A stretch of 64,000 bases of DNA from Octopus sinensis (Eukaryota). The translations under genes were made by a program, and so were the position numbers. The notes below the pieces were generated by a model that worked only from the letters and a program-made list of their open reading frames with translations, made no database searches and was not told where the DNA came from. Numbering within the stretch: position 1 is the first letter of the stretch; every line of letters starts with the position of its first letter. Positions 14,418 through 27,152 of the stretch are shown here, in pieces. The DNA lies in NCBI RefSeq assembly GCF_006345805.1, contig NC_043006.1:100936001-101000000 (forward strand), read 5' to 3'.

Positions 14418-14646
14418 TACTCTTTTACTCTTTTACTTGTTTCAGTCATTTGACTGCGGCCATGCTGGAGCACCGCCTTTAGTCGAGCAAATCGACCCCG
14501 GGACTTATTCTTTGTAAGCCCAGTACTTATTCTATAGGTCTCTTTTGCCGAACCGCTAAGTGACGGGGACGTAAACACACAAGCATCGGTTGTGAAGCAA
14601 TGCTAGGGGGACAAACACAGACACACAAACACACACACACACATAC

Positions 14647-14693
<47 letters not shown>

Positions 14694-14875
14694 AATATAT
14701 ATATATATACATATATACGACAGGCTTCTTTCAGTTTCAGTCTACCAAATCCACTCACAAGGCATTGGTCGGCCCGGGGCTATAGCAGAAGACACTTGCC
14801 CAAGATGCCACGCAGTGGGACTGAACCCGGAACCATGTGGTTGGTTAGCAAGCTACTTACCACACAGCCACTCCT
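14418..14875 (-). mobile_element. SINE family A
   Basis: Near-identical to 10667-11070, inverted. Confidence 0.92.
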
Positions 14876-15057
14876 ATATATATATATATAAGTATATATA
14901 GTGCGTTTTAAATTTAAATCGCAGGACAAATAACCAGTGTATTATGAGAACTCCATGTATATTGCTGCATATCCAACGGAAAACTGCAAACAGTACACTT
15001 GTTATAGTTTGAGTTTCAACGAAATGGAATATTTAATTGTATAAGTCAAAGGAAAAA

Positions 15058-15254
15058 ATGGTTTCAAATTTTGGTACAGGGCTAGCAGTTTTGGAAGAGT
15101 GTGTAAGTCGATTACATCGACCCAAGTGTTCAACTGGTACTTCTTATATTATAAACCCCGAAAGAGTGAAAAGCAGAGTGGACTTTGAACTCTGAGCGTA
15201 AAAACGGGACGAAATGCTGCTAAGCATTTTCCCCAGAGCGCTAACGATTCTGCC
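15058..15254 (-). mobile_element. SINE family B, diverged
   Basis: Core and alternative tail recognisable. Confidence 0.7.
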
Positions 15255-15839
15255 TTCGGAAGAGGAAATATTAGATAAACAAACTTTCTTGCGTTATTTT
15301 ATTTTATACAATATGAGTGTGTATGTGTACGTATGTAATTATGTGGGTAGATAGATACGTAAGCAGGCAGGTGGGTTGGCACGTAGGTAGGAGAGCTTAA
15401 AAACAATTTCGATTCTAAAGTAAGGAAATTGTTCTTTGTGTGACCCTATATCCGAAAGAAACAAAATATCGATCTAGACAGATCAATAGTTATCCAGGGA
15501 TAAAGATAAGGCTTGTTATGTGCAATAAAACATCGCAACGTATGACAGTTATAACACGCTGTCACACAATTTTCGTTAGGAGGTGAGTTTATTCTTCATT
15601 GTTATCTGTTCTCATCTCATGTTGAAAGAAGACTTGACCTCTTATAACTTACTCTATTTTTCCTTTAAATTTATAGTAAACTTGCCAATGTATTTTTTCC
15701 TCCCATCTTTAGCTCAGTTCACCATACCGTTAGGAAGGAAGCCAAGCAAAACAGTATTTAAATATCACAATGTTATCTCAATATTTGTTACTTCTGCATT
15801 TCTTTTATTCTTTTCACGCTCTCTCTCTCTCTCCCCCCC

Positions 15840-15889
<50 letters not shown>

Positions 15890-16084
15890 TTTCTCTCTCT
15901 ACCTCTCTTTCTCTTTCTCCCTCTCTTATATCTTTGTTTCAAATAGATTTGATGAATGGAAATGCAAATACATATAAAGAGATACTGAAAGATGATACAA
16001 AGGTACCTGTAGATATTGTTGATGATGTTGTTTAGCCCGAGGGCAAAATTTATTGAGCAAACCTATGATCAAAATGTCTTCCAG

Positions 16085-16118
<34 letters not shown>

Positions 16119-16538
16119 TACACATAATAATATATTCATATATATATATATATATATACACATACACATAATAATATATTCATATATATATATATATATA
16201 TATATATGTGTATGTATGTATATGTATAATACATATGTATGTATGTATATATGTGTGTGTTATATAAATATACGCACTTATACTCATATAAGTATAAATA
16301 CACACAAACACATATATTTTTTTTATGTGAAGTTATATATAGAAACAATTTAACATCAAACTCTTTACTAAGCACTTTTTAACAGGGTACATTTAGGTTG
16401 ACAGTGACTTCGAAGTTTTGGCTTGCTCGCCACCACAAGTGAGTGTGTGTGTGTTTGTGAATTTGTGTGTGTATGTGAATGTGTGTGTATGTGAATGTGT
16501 GTGTGTTTGTGTGTGTCTAAATGTAAGTATACATATAT

Positions 16539-16575
<37 letters not shown>

Positions 16576-16831
16576 GAATGTATATACGTAGCATCCTGTC
16601 CTTTGATATACATCTAGGAGTATATTATTCAAAGTGCCCTTCTTTTTAAGAGATGATATGAGAATTAAATTTAGCTGGTGTTACTAGCAGTTCCAGTGAC
16701 TGTGTAGAGTGTCTTAAATACAATCTAACACCGTCTTTGAAAAGGTAAGGATGCGTTGTATATTGTCTTAGACAGCGTTCATAATGTTAGAGCGATCGTG
16801 GTTTCAATCCTTTTAAACAACAACAACAGCA

Positions 16832-16965
16832 GTGGAGGCGCAATGGCCCAGTGGTTTGGGCAGCGGACTCGCGGTCGTAAGAACGCGGTTTCGATTCCCG
16901 GTCCGGGTATTGTGAGCGTTTATTGAGCAAAAGCACCTAAGCTCTAAGAGGCCCCGACTGTACTC
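16832..16965 (+). mobile_element. SINE family C head only (tRNA-Arg(TCG)-like), joined to a different GC-rich body
   Basis: ggaggcgcaatggcccagtggtt..cggactcgcggtc..ggtttcgattccc; diverges from full copies after tgtactctttcac. Confidence 0.75.
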
Positions 16966-17339
16966 TTTCACTCTTTCTTCCTACTTCTACCACAAAGCAG
17001 AGGAACCATGGTGTAACCCACTATGGAGTGGTAAAACTTTCAGACCCTAGTCTAGATTGCAAATCCTCTGTACCCCAGGATGGTTAGGGTTATCCACCCG
17101 TTAAAAGCCACCGTTTACGGAATGGGGATAACAACGTAGCTTTCGCGCCCGTGCAAGTCTATCGCGTACGGTGGGCGGATCTTCAAGTTGCCGCATGCAT
17201 TCTTAGAGTAGGCTCGAATTAGAGATTATTCTTTGTGGCTAATGGCGTGAGTCCTGATTGGAAGAAGAAGAACAACAACAACAACAGCATCAGCAGCAGC
17301 AACAGTAACAATGGCAGTGACAATTTTAGCAGCAGGGAC

Positions 17340-17802
17340 AGGGTAAAAGGTAAGGAAACCCCTTCGGCCATGAATGACCATGGAATTGCTCCTAGAAAGT
17401 TACCTTCCAAGGCACAGGACCAGGCAAGGTTGTTTATGGAAGACCAGCCTCTTCTTTCCACACCATTAGATAGGGTAAAGTGTAACCCCCGCCCTTCGGT
17501 CACGAATGACCATGGGGGTTACATTTATAAAGTTCCCTTCTGAGGTTCAAGACCGGGCAAGGTTGTTTATGGAAGACCAACAGTCACCCATGGATACCAG
17601 CCTCCTCTCTCCACACCATCGATGTTGTCCAATGGAAAGGCAAAGGCCGATACAGCTTGGCATCAGTGACGTCGCAACTGAACTTCAGCAACGTGAAATA
17701 AAATGTCTTGCTGAAGAACACGACACACAGACCGGTCCCGGGAATCGAACTCACTACCTCATGATTGTGATCCCTACGCTCTAACCACTGAGCCATGTGC
17801 CT
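17340..17802 (-). mobile_element. tRNA-derived SINE family E with duplicated 3' part
   Basis: Minus head aggcacatggctcagtggttagagcg..gagttcgattcccgg; segment ggtcttccataaacaaccttgcc..ggtcattc.tg.ccgaagg occurs twice. Confidence 0.75.
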
Positions 17803-17830
17803 TAATTGCAACAACAAATCTGCAGCGGCG

Positions 17831-18241
17831 ATGATAACAATAGCTATTTCTTTATTACCCACAAGGGGCTAAACACAGAGGGGACAAACAAGGACAGACA
17901 TAGGTATTAAAGTCGATTACATCGACCCCCAGTGCGTAACTGGTACTTAATTTATCGACTCCGAAAGGACGAAAGGCAAAGTCGACCTCGGCGGAATTTG
18001 AACTCACAACGTAACGGCAGACGAAATAAATGATAACAATAGCTATTTCTTTATTACCCACAAGGGGCTAAACACATAGGGGACAAACAAGGACAGACAT
18101 AGGTATTAAGTCGATTACATCAACCCCAGTGCGTAACTGGTTCTTAATTTATCGACCCTGAAAGGATGAAAGGCAAAGTCGACCTCGGCGGAATTTGAAC
18201 TCACAACGTAACGGCAGACGAAATAAATGATAACAATAGCA
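17831..18241 (-). mobile_element. Tandem pair of 5'-truncated SINE B units
   Basis: ~198-bp unit twice; 14-bp flank atgataacaatagc at 17831, 18030 and 18227. Confidence 0.9.
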
Positions 18242-18756
18242 ACAACAACAACAGATTGCAGCGGCAACAACAACAAAATCAACAGCAACAACAATAACAA
18301 CAGCAGCACTAGCAGCAGCAACAACTGTTTAATTCATTGGTTGACCCAAAAGATGAATGACAGAGGAAAGAACGCCGACTAATCAATCAGCAGTAAATTC
18401 TTCAAAATTTGCAGACTTTAATCATTTATTTTTAAAACTCTAAAATATGATAAAATATTTCGGTATTTTTCTCTCAAAATAAACATTTTGATAAACTAGA
18501 CATATTATTATCTCAATTAAATTGTAATTTCAGAATCTCATTAAATAATCGCGATCCTTTTTATCTTTCCTAACTAAGTTGCTTAATTTAATGTAATTTA
18601 GCAGCTTTTACTCCTAATGCTGGTTTGAAGAAGTGAATTGCATATATTTTTGAGTAATTTATAACACAAGCTAATCATGTGAGATGGTCGACACCTCTTA
18701 TTTGAATATTTTTTTCATATTTCAGCATTTTTTTAAATAAATAAATAAATAACTGT

Positions 18757-19175
18757 CGATGATGATGAGGAGGAGGGGAGGGGGACGGGAGGAGGTGGAT
18801 GGAGAGGAGGATGGAGAGGAGGAGGATGGAGAGGAGGAGGATGGAGATGAGGTGGAAGAGGTGAGGAGGTGAGGAGGAGGAGGGGAGGAGGAGGAGGATG
18901 GGAGTAGGATGGAGATGAGGTGGAAGTGGTGAGGAAGTGAGGAGGAGGAGGATGGGAGGAGGATGGAGATGAGGTGGAAGAGGTGAGGAGGAGGACGGTG
19001 ACCACGACGACGATGATGATAATGATGATTACAACGACGACCCCGACAATGATAATGGTGTTAGTGGTGACGATGATGATGATGATGATAATGAAGACGA
19101 TGATGACGATGATGACGATGATGACGATGATGACGATGTTGACGATGATGACGATGATGACGATAACGTTGTTGA
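18757..19175. repeat. (GAG)n/(GAT)n low-complexity trinucleotide tract
   Basis: Direct reading. Confidence 0.9.
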
Positions 19176-19430
19176 TGTTTTTGTTTCATCTTTTATCATT
19201 TACTTGCTTTGATCATTGGATTGCAGCCATACTGGGACACTATCTCTGAAGGGTCTTAGTCAAGGAAATCGACCCCACTCTACTTATTTTGATTTTTAAA
19301 TCTGCCACTTATTCTATCAAGCTTCTTTTGCTGAACCGTTTAGTTACGGGAACGTAAACAAACCAGCAAACCAGCCCTGGTTGTCAAGAGGTGGAGGATC
19401 GATAAACACAGGCACAAATACATACCCAGT

Positions 19431-19474
<44 letters not shown>

Positions 19475-19491
19475 GTGTGTGTGTATGTGTG

Positions 19492-19572
<81 letters not shown>

Positions 19573-20499
19573 CACATACATGAACGTATGAATATATATA
19601 CTTACATATATACATATCGAGCTTCCACACATTTACGGTCTACTAAATTCACTTACAAGGCATCAGTCAACCCGGAGCTACCCAGGAAGACACTGGTCTA
19701 AGATGTTGCGAGATGGGACTGAACGTGAAGCCGCGTAGGTGGAAAAAGAGTTTCTTAGCCATTCACCAATTTTTGCGTCTGTGACTTCTTTTGTTTTTGT
19801 TTCGTTTTTTTACATTTTTATTCGCAACCATCTAACTGACATATGGCGCATAGGTAGGATTCATACTCGTATTGTTCCAGATATGCTATATGTTATTTTG
19901 TATCTAAGACATGTAGTTTTCCATAGTCGTAGCCTAACGATGTTGCTTCCTCAACAGTTCAGTTTATTGTGAGACAATTGGTGTTGCAAGGAAGACAACA
20001 CAGGTAGACAAGGTGGACTTGTTCAGAATATGAAACTTCTGTATTGTACTTATCTCTGGTCTATGTTTCCCTGTCCTTGGTGTATGCGTCCGAATATCGA
20101 GGCTATTGATGAAGTTACTATACCTGCGCGCTTATGCTGTTATTTGATGTTTGTCTGGAGCATGTGAGAAAGATACCTTACTGGCTTTTATTTTTTATGA
20201 AGAAGGAACGCAATGTCCATGACTTATTACACAGCATCTGAGATTGATAGGAAGAAGGAAGGGTTTTTTTTCATACAGGGGATATGACACAAATACTTGC
20301 AAGTGACAAGTAGGGTGGTTTTAAACTTGTCGACGGGTTAAGTCATCCAACCAAGTAAGGTATAGCGGGTTTGAACGCAATAAGCTGAAATGATTATCAC
20401 AAGGCATACAGTCTTACCAATATACTGCTCTGTATTCGTAAATATGGTCAAGAATTACTGGCAAAATATTCAGCAACACATCAAGTATTGCAAGCAATT

Positions 20500-21900
20500 T
20501 GATTTCCGACGGTACCCATAGGTATATGGTAGCAGCATTCAATGGAATAGTAAGCTAACCATAGTCGACGCCTGATTGGCCACCTGAGAGGAAAACAGCA
20601 CCAATTCCTAAAGGCAAAAATTTCTAGAGACCCCAAAACTTCTAAACATAGAATTTGTTTCCCAACAATGTACAAAGCCATTACATCTACAACGGGTTGA
20701 TTGCTCTCACTTAGAGAGCAATGAAGTATCATCAGAAGAACATAAGGGCCGTAGGAAAGGAATTACAGCTGTACAGAGCAACCCTGTTCTCGTTAAAAGA
20801 GGAATACTCCAGGGAGACCCATTATTCCTCTTCTTCTTGGCCAAACTTCATTAACAAATCTACTAAATGAAACTGCCATTGGTTACAGATGCTACAAAGT
20901 ATAAACCATCTATTCTGAATAGATGACTTCAAAACAACTGAATAGCGTTCGTAAATTCATCCGAGACATAACAATTTAATATAGAACTAGAGAAATGTAG
21001 GAAATCCAAATAAGAAGAGTTTTAATCATTATAAGTGAGACTATTGAGTTAGACATAGACATCCGAGATATAAACCAGAATCAGTCATACAAATATCTAA
21101 GAGTAGATGAAACTGGTAAAATACAACACTCAGAAAGGAAGGAGTGAGTTGGGAAAGATTATTACAGTTGAGCAAAACTAATATTGCTTTCAACTTTTGG
21201 CACACGGCCAGCAATTTCGGGGGAGGAGGTAAGTCGAGTACATCGACTTCAGTGTTCAGCCGCTCTTTATTTTATCGACTCCGAAAGAAAGAAAAGCAAA
21301 ATCGACCTCGACGGAATTTTAACTCAGATCGTAAAGGCGAACGAAATGCCGCTAAGCATTTTGACCGGTATGATAACGATTCTGCTAGCTCGCTACCCTA
21401 AGAGCCAAACTAATATTATAAACTCCGAACTCATTACTAAAAGTAAAATGAACATTTAAATTCACCAGCCATCCTAGTTATAAACTACTGCATCAAAGTA
21501 ATAGACTGCAAGTTTAGTACACTGAGAAACTTACACAGAAAAAATAGAAAAGAAAACTATTGACTGCGTTCCAACGTCACCGACTCAAAATTTATATGGA
21601 TAGAATATTAACTCTTTTGCACTCGAGGTGAGCGGTGTCTAATGAATATATAAAAATAGACAGCTATGACGAAATAACAACTGTAGGACTAGAATATATA
21701 GTTAGATGCAAATATTGAAAAACAGTTAAGTTGAATACGATAACACAAAAACTTGTCCCTACATACATGGAAACAATAAATTTCAAACTGGAAACCAATA
21801 AAACAAATTTAGAAAGTTACAGATCAGGACAAAACAAAATGTTGAAAACTAAGGCACAAGACAAAACTAAAACGGAATTTTAAATATACTGAAGAAAAAA
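20500..21900 (+). mobile_element. Decayed R4/Dong-clade non-LTR retrotransposon RT region, interrupted by SINE B
   Basis: Peptides PDWPPERKTAPIPKG..PQNF..ICFPTMYKAITS, VKRGILQGDP, INHLF*IDDFK, SYKYL, ELITKSKM. Confidence 0.75.
21186..21398 (-). mobile_element. SINE family B with target-site duplication
   Basis: aaactaatatt at 21175-21185 and 21407-21417. Confidence 0.8.
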
Positions 21901-22299
21901 AGTGACAACCTGTTCCATGGCCAATATCCTGCAAGACTTTCCAGCCTTTGCCAAGTTCATTGGGCAATATGTCAATACTTTGACATGGAAACCTACAAGA
22001 TGTGGTGTAAACATTTTCCCAACACTGCTAATGGCTACGACTTTGTCTCAATCAATTAGGTCTTACCTATCTAAACTGACAATAACAAAGAGATCTAGGA
22101 AAACCGCCCAGGTATAATAATTAAGGACTGCATCGAAAAAAAGAAATTGTACGTTGAGAGACATCTCAACACATATGATTCTGCTTGCCATTGAATGCGT
22201 GGATTGATTTGACAAACAAGTTACGGGTTCTGCACTTGGTGGTTGGTGAGAAGAGAATCTAATGGAAACAACTGCCGCGACATAAAGAGTTGTGGCAAC

Positions 22300-22830
22300 A
22301 AAGAAGAAGAAGAAGAAGAAGAAGAAGAAGAAGAAGAAGAAGAAGAAGAAGAAGGAGGAGGAGGAGAAGGAGGAGGAGGAGGAGTAGAAGAAGAAGAAGA
22401 AGAAGAAGAAGAAAAAAAGAAGAAGAAGAAGAAGAGGAAAGAGGAGAAGAGAAGAAAAAGAAAAAAGAAGGAAAGAAGGAGAAGTAGATAAGAAGAGAAG
22501 TAATAAGAAGAAGAAGAAGAAGAAGAAGAAGAGGAGGAGAAGAAGGAGGAGGAGAAGTAGAAGAAGAGAAGAAGAAGAAGAAGGAGAAGAAGAAGAAGAA
22601 GAAGAAGAAGAAGAAGAACAACAACAACAACAACAACAACAACAATAACAACAGCAACAACAAAAACAAGAACAATAACAACCAGAACAACCACTAGAAG
22701 AAGAAGAAGAAGAACAACAACAACAACAACAAAAACAACCACAACAAGGTGACGACGATGAAGATGATGTGGAGGAGGATGACGATAACGACGACAATGA
22801 TGAAGATGACGACGCCGACGACGATAGCGA
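22300..22830. repeat. Compound trinucleotide tract (GAA/GAG/CAA/GAT)
   Basis: Direct reading; source of the long poly-amino-acid ORFs. Confidence 0.95.
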
Positions 22831-23239
22831 CCGTATAGGATGAATAAACAGATAAAAGAGTGACATTGACTAAAGACTGTTGACCCCAATCTTGGGTGAG
22901 AAACCTGGAAGGTGAGGTGTACGAATGATTATGGTACGTAACACTATCAACCGGTCAAATCATTTCAAATTCTGCTATTTTCCAGCTTGTAAATGGTTCA
23001 CCATTGTAGTAAACACAGTAGTTCTCTAATGTCAGTCCAGGGCTAATATCCTCTAATTCAGATATTGACGAGGATCAATACAGTATTAGCAGTAGCCCTT
23101 AAACATTGTTATAAATTTGACCCTAATATATATATCATCAGCTAAAAGATTATAATGACCTGGGTTTTTTTTACTCGAAAAATATCAAAGAAAATCAAAC
23201 TGTATCCTATCATTAAAATATCAGAATGTACAGAAAATA

Positions 23240-23424
23240 CAGTTCTATATTTAAGAGATGAGGAATTATGTACATTATTTACATTATTTACATTTGACGG
23301 ATACTTTTCCTCATCTTCTTTGTTGTTAACGCAACGTTTCGGCTGATATACCCTCCAGTATTCATCAGGTGTCTTGGGAAAATTTCGAACTTGGGTTCTC
23401 ATTCCTATGCCATATGCCCGTGGG
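23240..23424 (-). mobile_element. Internally deleted copy of the tRNA-head/HHR unit (3' pseudo-LTR of the PLE fragment)
   Basis: Minus strand cccacgggcatatggcata fused to ggaatgagaaccc..cctgatgaatactggagggtatatcagccgaaacgtt; stem II 5' strand mutated. Confidence 0.8.
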
Positions 23425-23448
23425 TAATTACTGAGTGAATTTTACGGC

Positions 23449-24028
23449 TTATAAATCTAATATTTTCCTATCCTTCCGTAATACCGGTTCCCATATGTTG
23501 CTTATATCTGCACTAGGTTTGCTTAAAAAGTTGTTGTGTCCTAGCATATGTGCTGCTTCTTTTAGTTTTCGTATTTTCCAGTGGTGTTCTCTGTCTATTA
23601 TTTTAACTTCATCCCACAGGAGGAGGTGGTCTCTATTTGTCCATAAATGATCAGCTATACCCGATTTATCAATATCTCCTCGTGTCAAAGCTTTGCGATG
23701 TTCGTCTACCCTGATTTTGAGGGGACAGCATGTTTCGCCTTTGCATAACCTATCACAGCTGCATGAAATGGAGTACACGCAGTCTTTGGTCATATTCTCT
23801 TCTATTGGTGGTTTTACTCGAAGGAGATATTTGCGAAGTATTGTATTACCCTTGAATACTGTCCTGATGTCATATGGGCCGCATATCTTTTGTATCTTTT
23901 CGGAGAGGCCTTTCACATAGGGTAGACCGACTGTGGACAGTTTATTGGTTGCATCCTCTCTTTTCTTCATATTTGGAGTGGATAGTATGTTTTGTGGGTA
24001 GTTGTTGCTTAACAGATTGTTATTGATG
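23449..24028 (-). pseudogene. 5'-truncated Penelope/Poseidon-type PLE ORF: RT-thumb linker plus GIY-YIG endonuclease
   Basis: Uninterrupted frame LPYVKGLSEKIQKI..YDIRTVFK..CVYSISCSCDRLCKGET..LKIRVDEH..KSGIADH..W..VKII..RKLKEAAH; second motif YIG changed to CKG; the start MPVG comes from the inverted SINE head. Confidence 0.88.
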
Positions 24029-24130
24029 CCCACGGGCATATGGCATAGTGGTTAAAAGCGCGGGCTACTAACCCCCAAGACTCCGAGTTCGATTCCAAGC
24101 AGTGACCTGAATAATAATAATAATAATAAT

Positions 24131-24372
24131 AAGTGCTCATGGGAAATGCTCATATCCTACGCAAAATACTTTCTATGAAATCTCAAGGTTTAAAACAAAC
24201 ATTTTTATTTATTTATTTAATTTTTTATTATTATTATTTTTTTATTTATTTATTAGACATTCACTAGTACAACACAAAAAAAAACCAAATATATGGCACA
24301 CTAGGCATAACAACAACGTGAACTTCCAACCTGGAGCCAACTTGTACAAATATAAAGCAAAAGTCAAACATA

Positions 24373-24373
<1 letters not shown>
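24131..24373 (+). mobile_element. R4/Dong 3' terminal fragment inserted in (AAT)n
   Basis: VLMGNAHILRKILSM (cf. LLGTAHILRK) followed by 3' UTR; (AAT)n on both sides. Confidence 0.65.
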
Positions 24374-24420
<47 letters not shown>

Positions 24421-24480
24421 CAACAACAACAACGTAGAAAATACCTTAGGGATGAGAACCCAGATTCGAAATTTCCCCAA

Positions 24481-24526
24481 GACACCTGATGAAGGCTGGA
24501 GGGTATATCAGCCGAAACGTTGTGCT
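24481..24526 (+). ncRNA. Minimal type I hammerhead ribozyme motif (PLE-type)
   Basis: CUGAUGA 24486-24492, extra A, stem II GGCUG/CAGCC, GAAAC 24514-24518, palindromic ACGU stem III, GUU site, stem I GACAC/GUGCU with one mismatch. Confidence 0.7.
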
Positions 24527-24680
24527 AACTCAAAAAACAAGATCAGGACACATAGCCGTCGGGTGTAAATAATGTAAATAAGTGTACAGAAAAGTTTGGC
24601 AGTTTGTTCAGTCCTTACAAGTTTCCGGGTTGTAATAAAGGCGTTAGAACGTCGGACAGAATGTTTGACGGTAATTGTTA

Positions 24681-24684
<4 letters not shown>

Positions 24685-24765
<81 letters not shown>
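24685..24765. repeat. (CT)n microsatellite
   Basis: Direct reading. Confidence 0.97.
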
Positions 24766-24767
<2 letters not shown>

Positions 24768-24888
24768 GCTGAATTCAAATCCTACCACGATCAACTTTGC
24801 CTTTCAACTATGTTTACAGTCAGCAATTATGTACCTTGCAGTATCTGTTTCCTGCTTTTTATACCTTGAGATCAAATTGAGCAGTGGC

Positions 24889-25030
24889 CTACTTGGGTGG
24901 TAGACTTAATCCGTCGCTCGACGTAACGGCATTACCTGGTACCTTAGATGCTTTGAGCAGTGTCCACTCTGTTGTAAGTATTAGGACTAAGTCTCCGATT
25001 TGAGGATATCTTCCTCTTACCCTTCTACCA
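24889..25030 (-). mobile_element. Possible BEL/Pao LTR-retrotransposon C-terminal relic
   Basis: PQIGDLVLI..W.L.K.....SSDG resembles the post-integrase motif VGDLVLI..PR..W.LGRI...DG; short match only. Confidence 0.3.
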
Positions 25031-25850
25031 GTCAAGGAGGCCCTATGAAGGTTCACGGGCACTGGCTTCTTTACTGATAAAATATTTTTAAAATTATCCA
25101 AGTTCTATGATTATAAAAGTTATCTTGTTTTGTACTGTATTGACGGTAACTGGTAGGATGCTTACAACAGTTTGCTGGCACTGGTAGTAGAATGACATTT
25201 GTTTTATTTAGTTTAAAGGGAATCAACAATGATAACTCACACACCATGTCTAGACAGGCAGAAATACCACCGAGGTATACGCTATTTATTAGCTGTCAAA
25301 TTGGTTATTCAGTTGACAACACTGTGTGTCACTATACAGTGACAAGTAAGCAAAGAAGACAGACATAGACAATTAAATACAAGCTACAACTTGTTGAATA
25401 TCAAACAACTCGGAAAATGATCGATTGAGTATGGACCTCCAATAACCAAAGAAAAAAATTGTTTGTGAATGAATAAATAAATAAAAACAGAAAGAGAAAA
25501 GGCTGTATTACAGAAGACGCATAATGAAATGAAATGAAAAAAACACAACAGTTCGTCATTACGAAATAAACTTTCCACGACTAAATGAAGCCCCCAAAAA
25601 ATTATGGCTACAAAATAGACGAAATATAGGGTACAGAATCTTATCAAAGATGATAATATACGATGTAAGGAGAGTAATAGAAAAATATACCAACGGATGT
25701 GCTTACTGAATCTTTCCTTAGGTACCACATGTTTCTTGAAAGGGTACGACCTAAGAAGGGCATTGGCTGTTTTATTTGAGAAGGGTGGAACAAATGGATA
25801 GCTGCTAAGAATTTAGCAATGCCAACAGAACGACTGAAGCACAGGTATAT

Positions 25851-26084
25851 CTATTTCTTTATTACCCACAAGGGGCTAAACATAGAGGGAACAAACAGGG
25901 ACAGACATAGGTATTAAGTCGATTATATCGACCCCAGTGCGTAACTGGTACTTATTTAATCGACCCCGAAAGGATGAAAGGCAAAGTCGACCTCGGCGGA
26001 ATTTGAACTCAGAACGTAACGACAGACGAAATACGGCTACGCATTTCGCCCGGCGTGCTAACGTTTCTGCCAGCTCGCCGCCTT
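25851..26084 (-). mobile_element. SINE family B, full length
   Basis: Complete head, core and tail. Confidence 0.92.
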
Positions 26085-26516
26085 CGAGGTATATCAGTGG
26101 GTGAAGGCATTCATCACGGGCAATGATTGATGAGTTGTCACTGTGAAACCGAATTTTCCGCTCTAGCGGCCAAAGGTAAAACGTCATCTGTGTCGGATTC
26201 CCAGTAAAGCGGTAACGAAAAACACGCGTAGAAAAAGAAGATGCCGCCAAATCTGTCCGTTAGTTTCCCTGCAATTATTACTCTTGAGTTCTATATGCAA
26301 CTATTTTTTTTTCTTTACTCGGGACCCCAGCTAGAGGGTAAGGTTAGACACAAAGGCCAAGATCTGGAACGGTTAATAAGCATTATATTTGGAAGATATT
26401 AAACTAAATACGCAATCTTCAGCTATTTATGACAATCTCGAGAAACATATTTCAAATTAAAGATCAGTCTTAAAATAGAGAAATGAGAAAACTGGAGTTT
26501 ATTATTATTATTATTA

Positions 26517-26772
26517 TTACTCTCGCCTTCGCTGAGGCGGAGGTATTGTTTTCAGTAGTTTTTTTTTTTTGTCCGTGGACAAGATATCTCAAGAACCGTT
26601 GAATGGATTCAGATGAAATTTAAGGGATGTTTGGCTTGGCGACTGCACGAACTGATTAGATTTTGGGACCGATCCGGTACCGGACAAGGATTCTGGATTA
26701 TTTTTCCTGATTTTTACTAAATTTTTGAGAGATTTTGGGAACGATCCGGAACCTGACAAGGATTCTGGATTT
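26517..26772 (+). mobile_element. Helentron-associated (DINE-1-like) non-autonomous element fragment
   Basis: Starts ttactctcgccttcgctgaggcggaggtattgttttc (hairpin), then atatctcaagaaccg..tggattcagatgaaattt; internal duplication gatccgg.acc.gacaaggattctggatt. Confidence 0.55.
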
Positions 26773-26775
26773 TGG

Positions 26776-27115
26776 GGCTAGCAATCAGCCCCTTTTGCTA
26801 TTATTTCTAGAGCACCTATGGCAACAGGTATTGTGTTAGTCTTCAGGATTCACATTTTGCCAATTTCTATTTCAAGATCTTTATACTTGGTCAGTTTTTG
26901 GTAGGTCTTCACAGATACATTTACATCGACTGGGACAGTCATATCAATGAGGAGGCATGATTTTTGTCTGAAGTCTTTCAATATAATGTCTGGCCATTTC
27001 GCATCTATCTTTCTGTCAGTTTGAATGGTGAAGTTCCAGAAGAGTGAGATGTGATTATTTTCAAGCAATGGAAGTGGTTTGTGTTCCCACCAGTTTTTAT
27101 CATTGTTCAGGTTTT
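26776..27115 (-). mobile_element. R4/Dong restriction-like endonuclease fragment
   Basis: LFWNFTIQTDRKIDAKWPDIIL..KSCLLIDMTVPVDVNVSVKTYQKLTKYKDLEIEIGKM, then IPVAIGALEII. Confidence 0.82.
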
Positions 27116-27152
27116 TGCAAATTATTATTGTTGTTGTTGTTGTTACCATTAT

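Larger units (their letters stand above)
24029..24590 (+). mobile_element. SINE-like unit D: tRNA(Ser-like) head, (AAT)n linker, hammerhead-bearing PLE-type tail
   Basis: A-box TGGCATAGTGG 24041-24051, B-box GAGTTCGATTCC 24085-24096, (AAT)n from 24110, tail ccttagggatgagaaccc..gtaaataatgtaaataa. Confidence 0.82.

Noticed and set aside
22063-22889. Long ORFs of 143-267 aa (poly-S/L/F/E/R)
   Set aside because: Translations of a compound trinucleotide tract; open in several frames on both strands.
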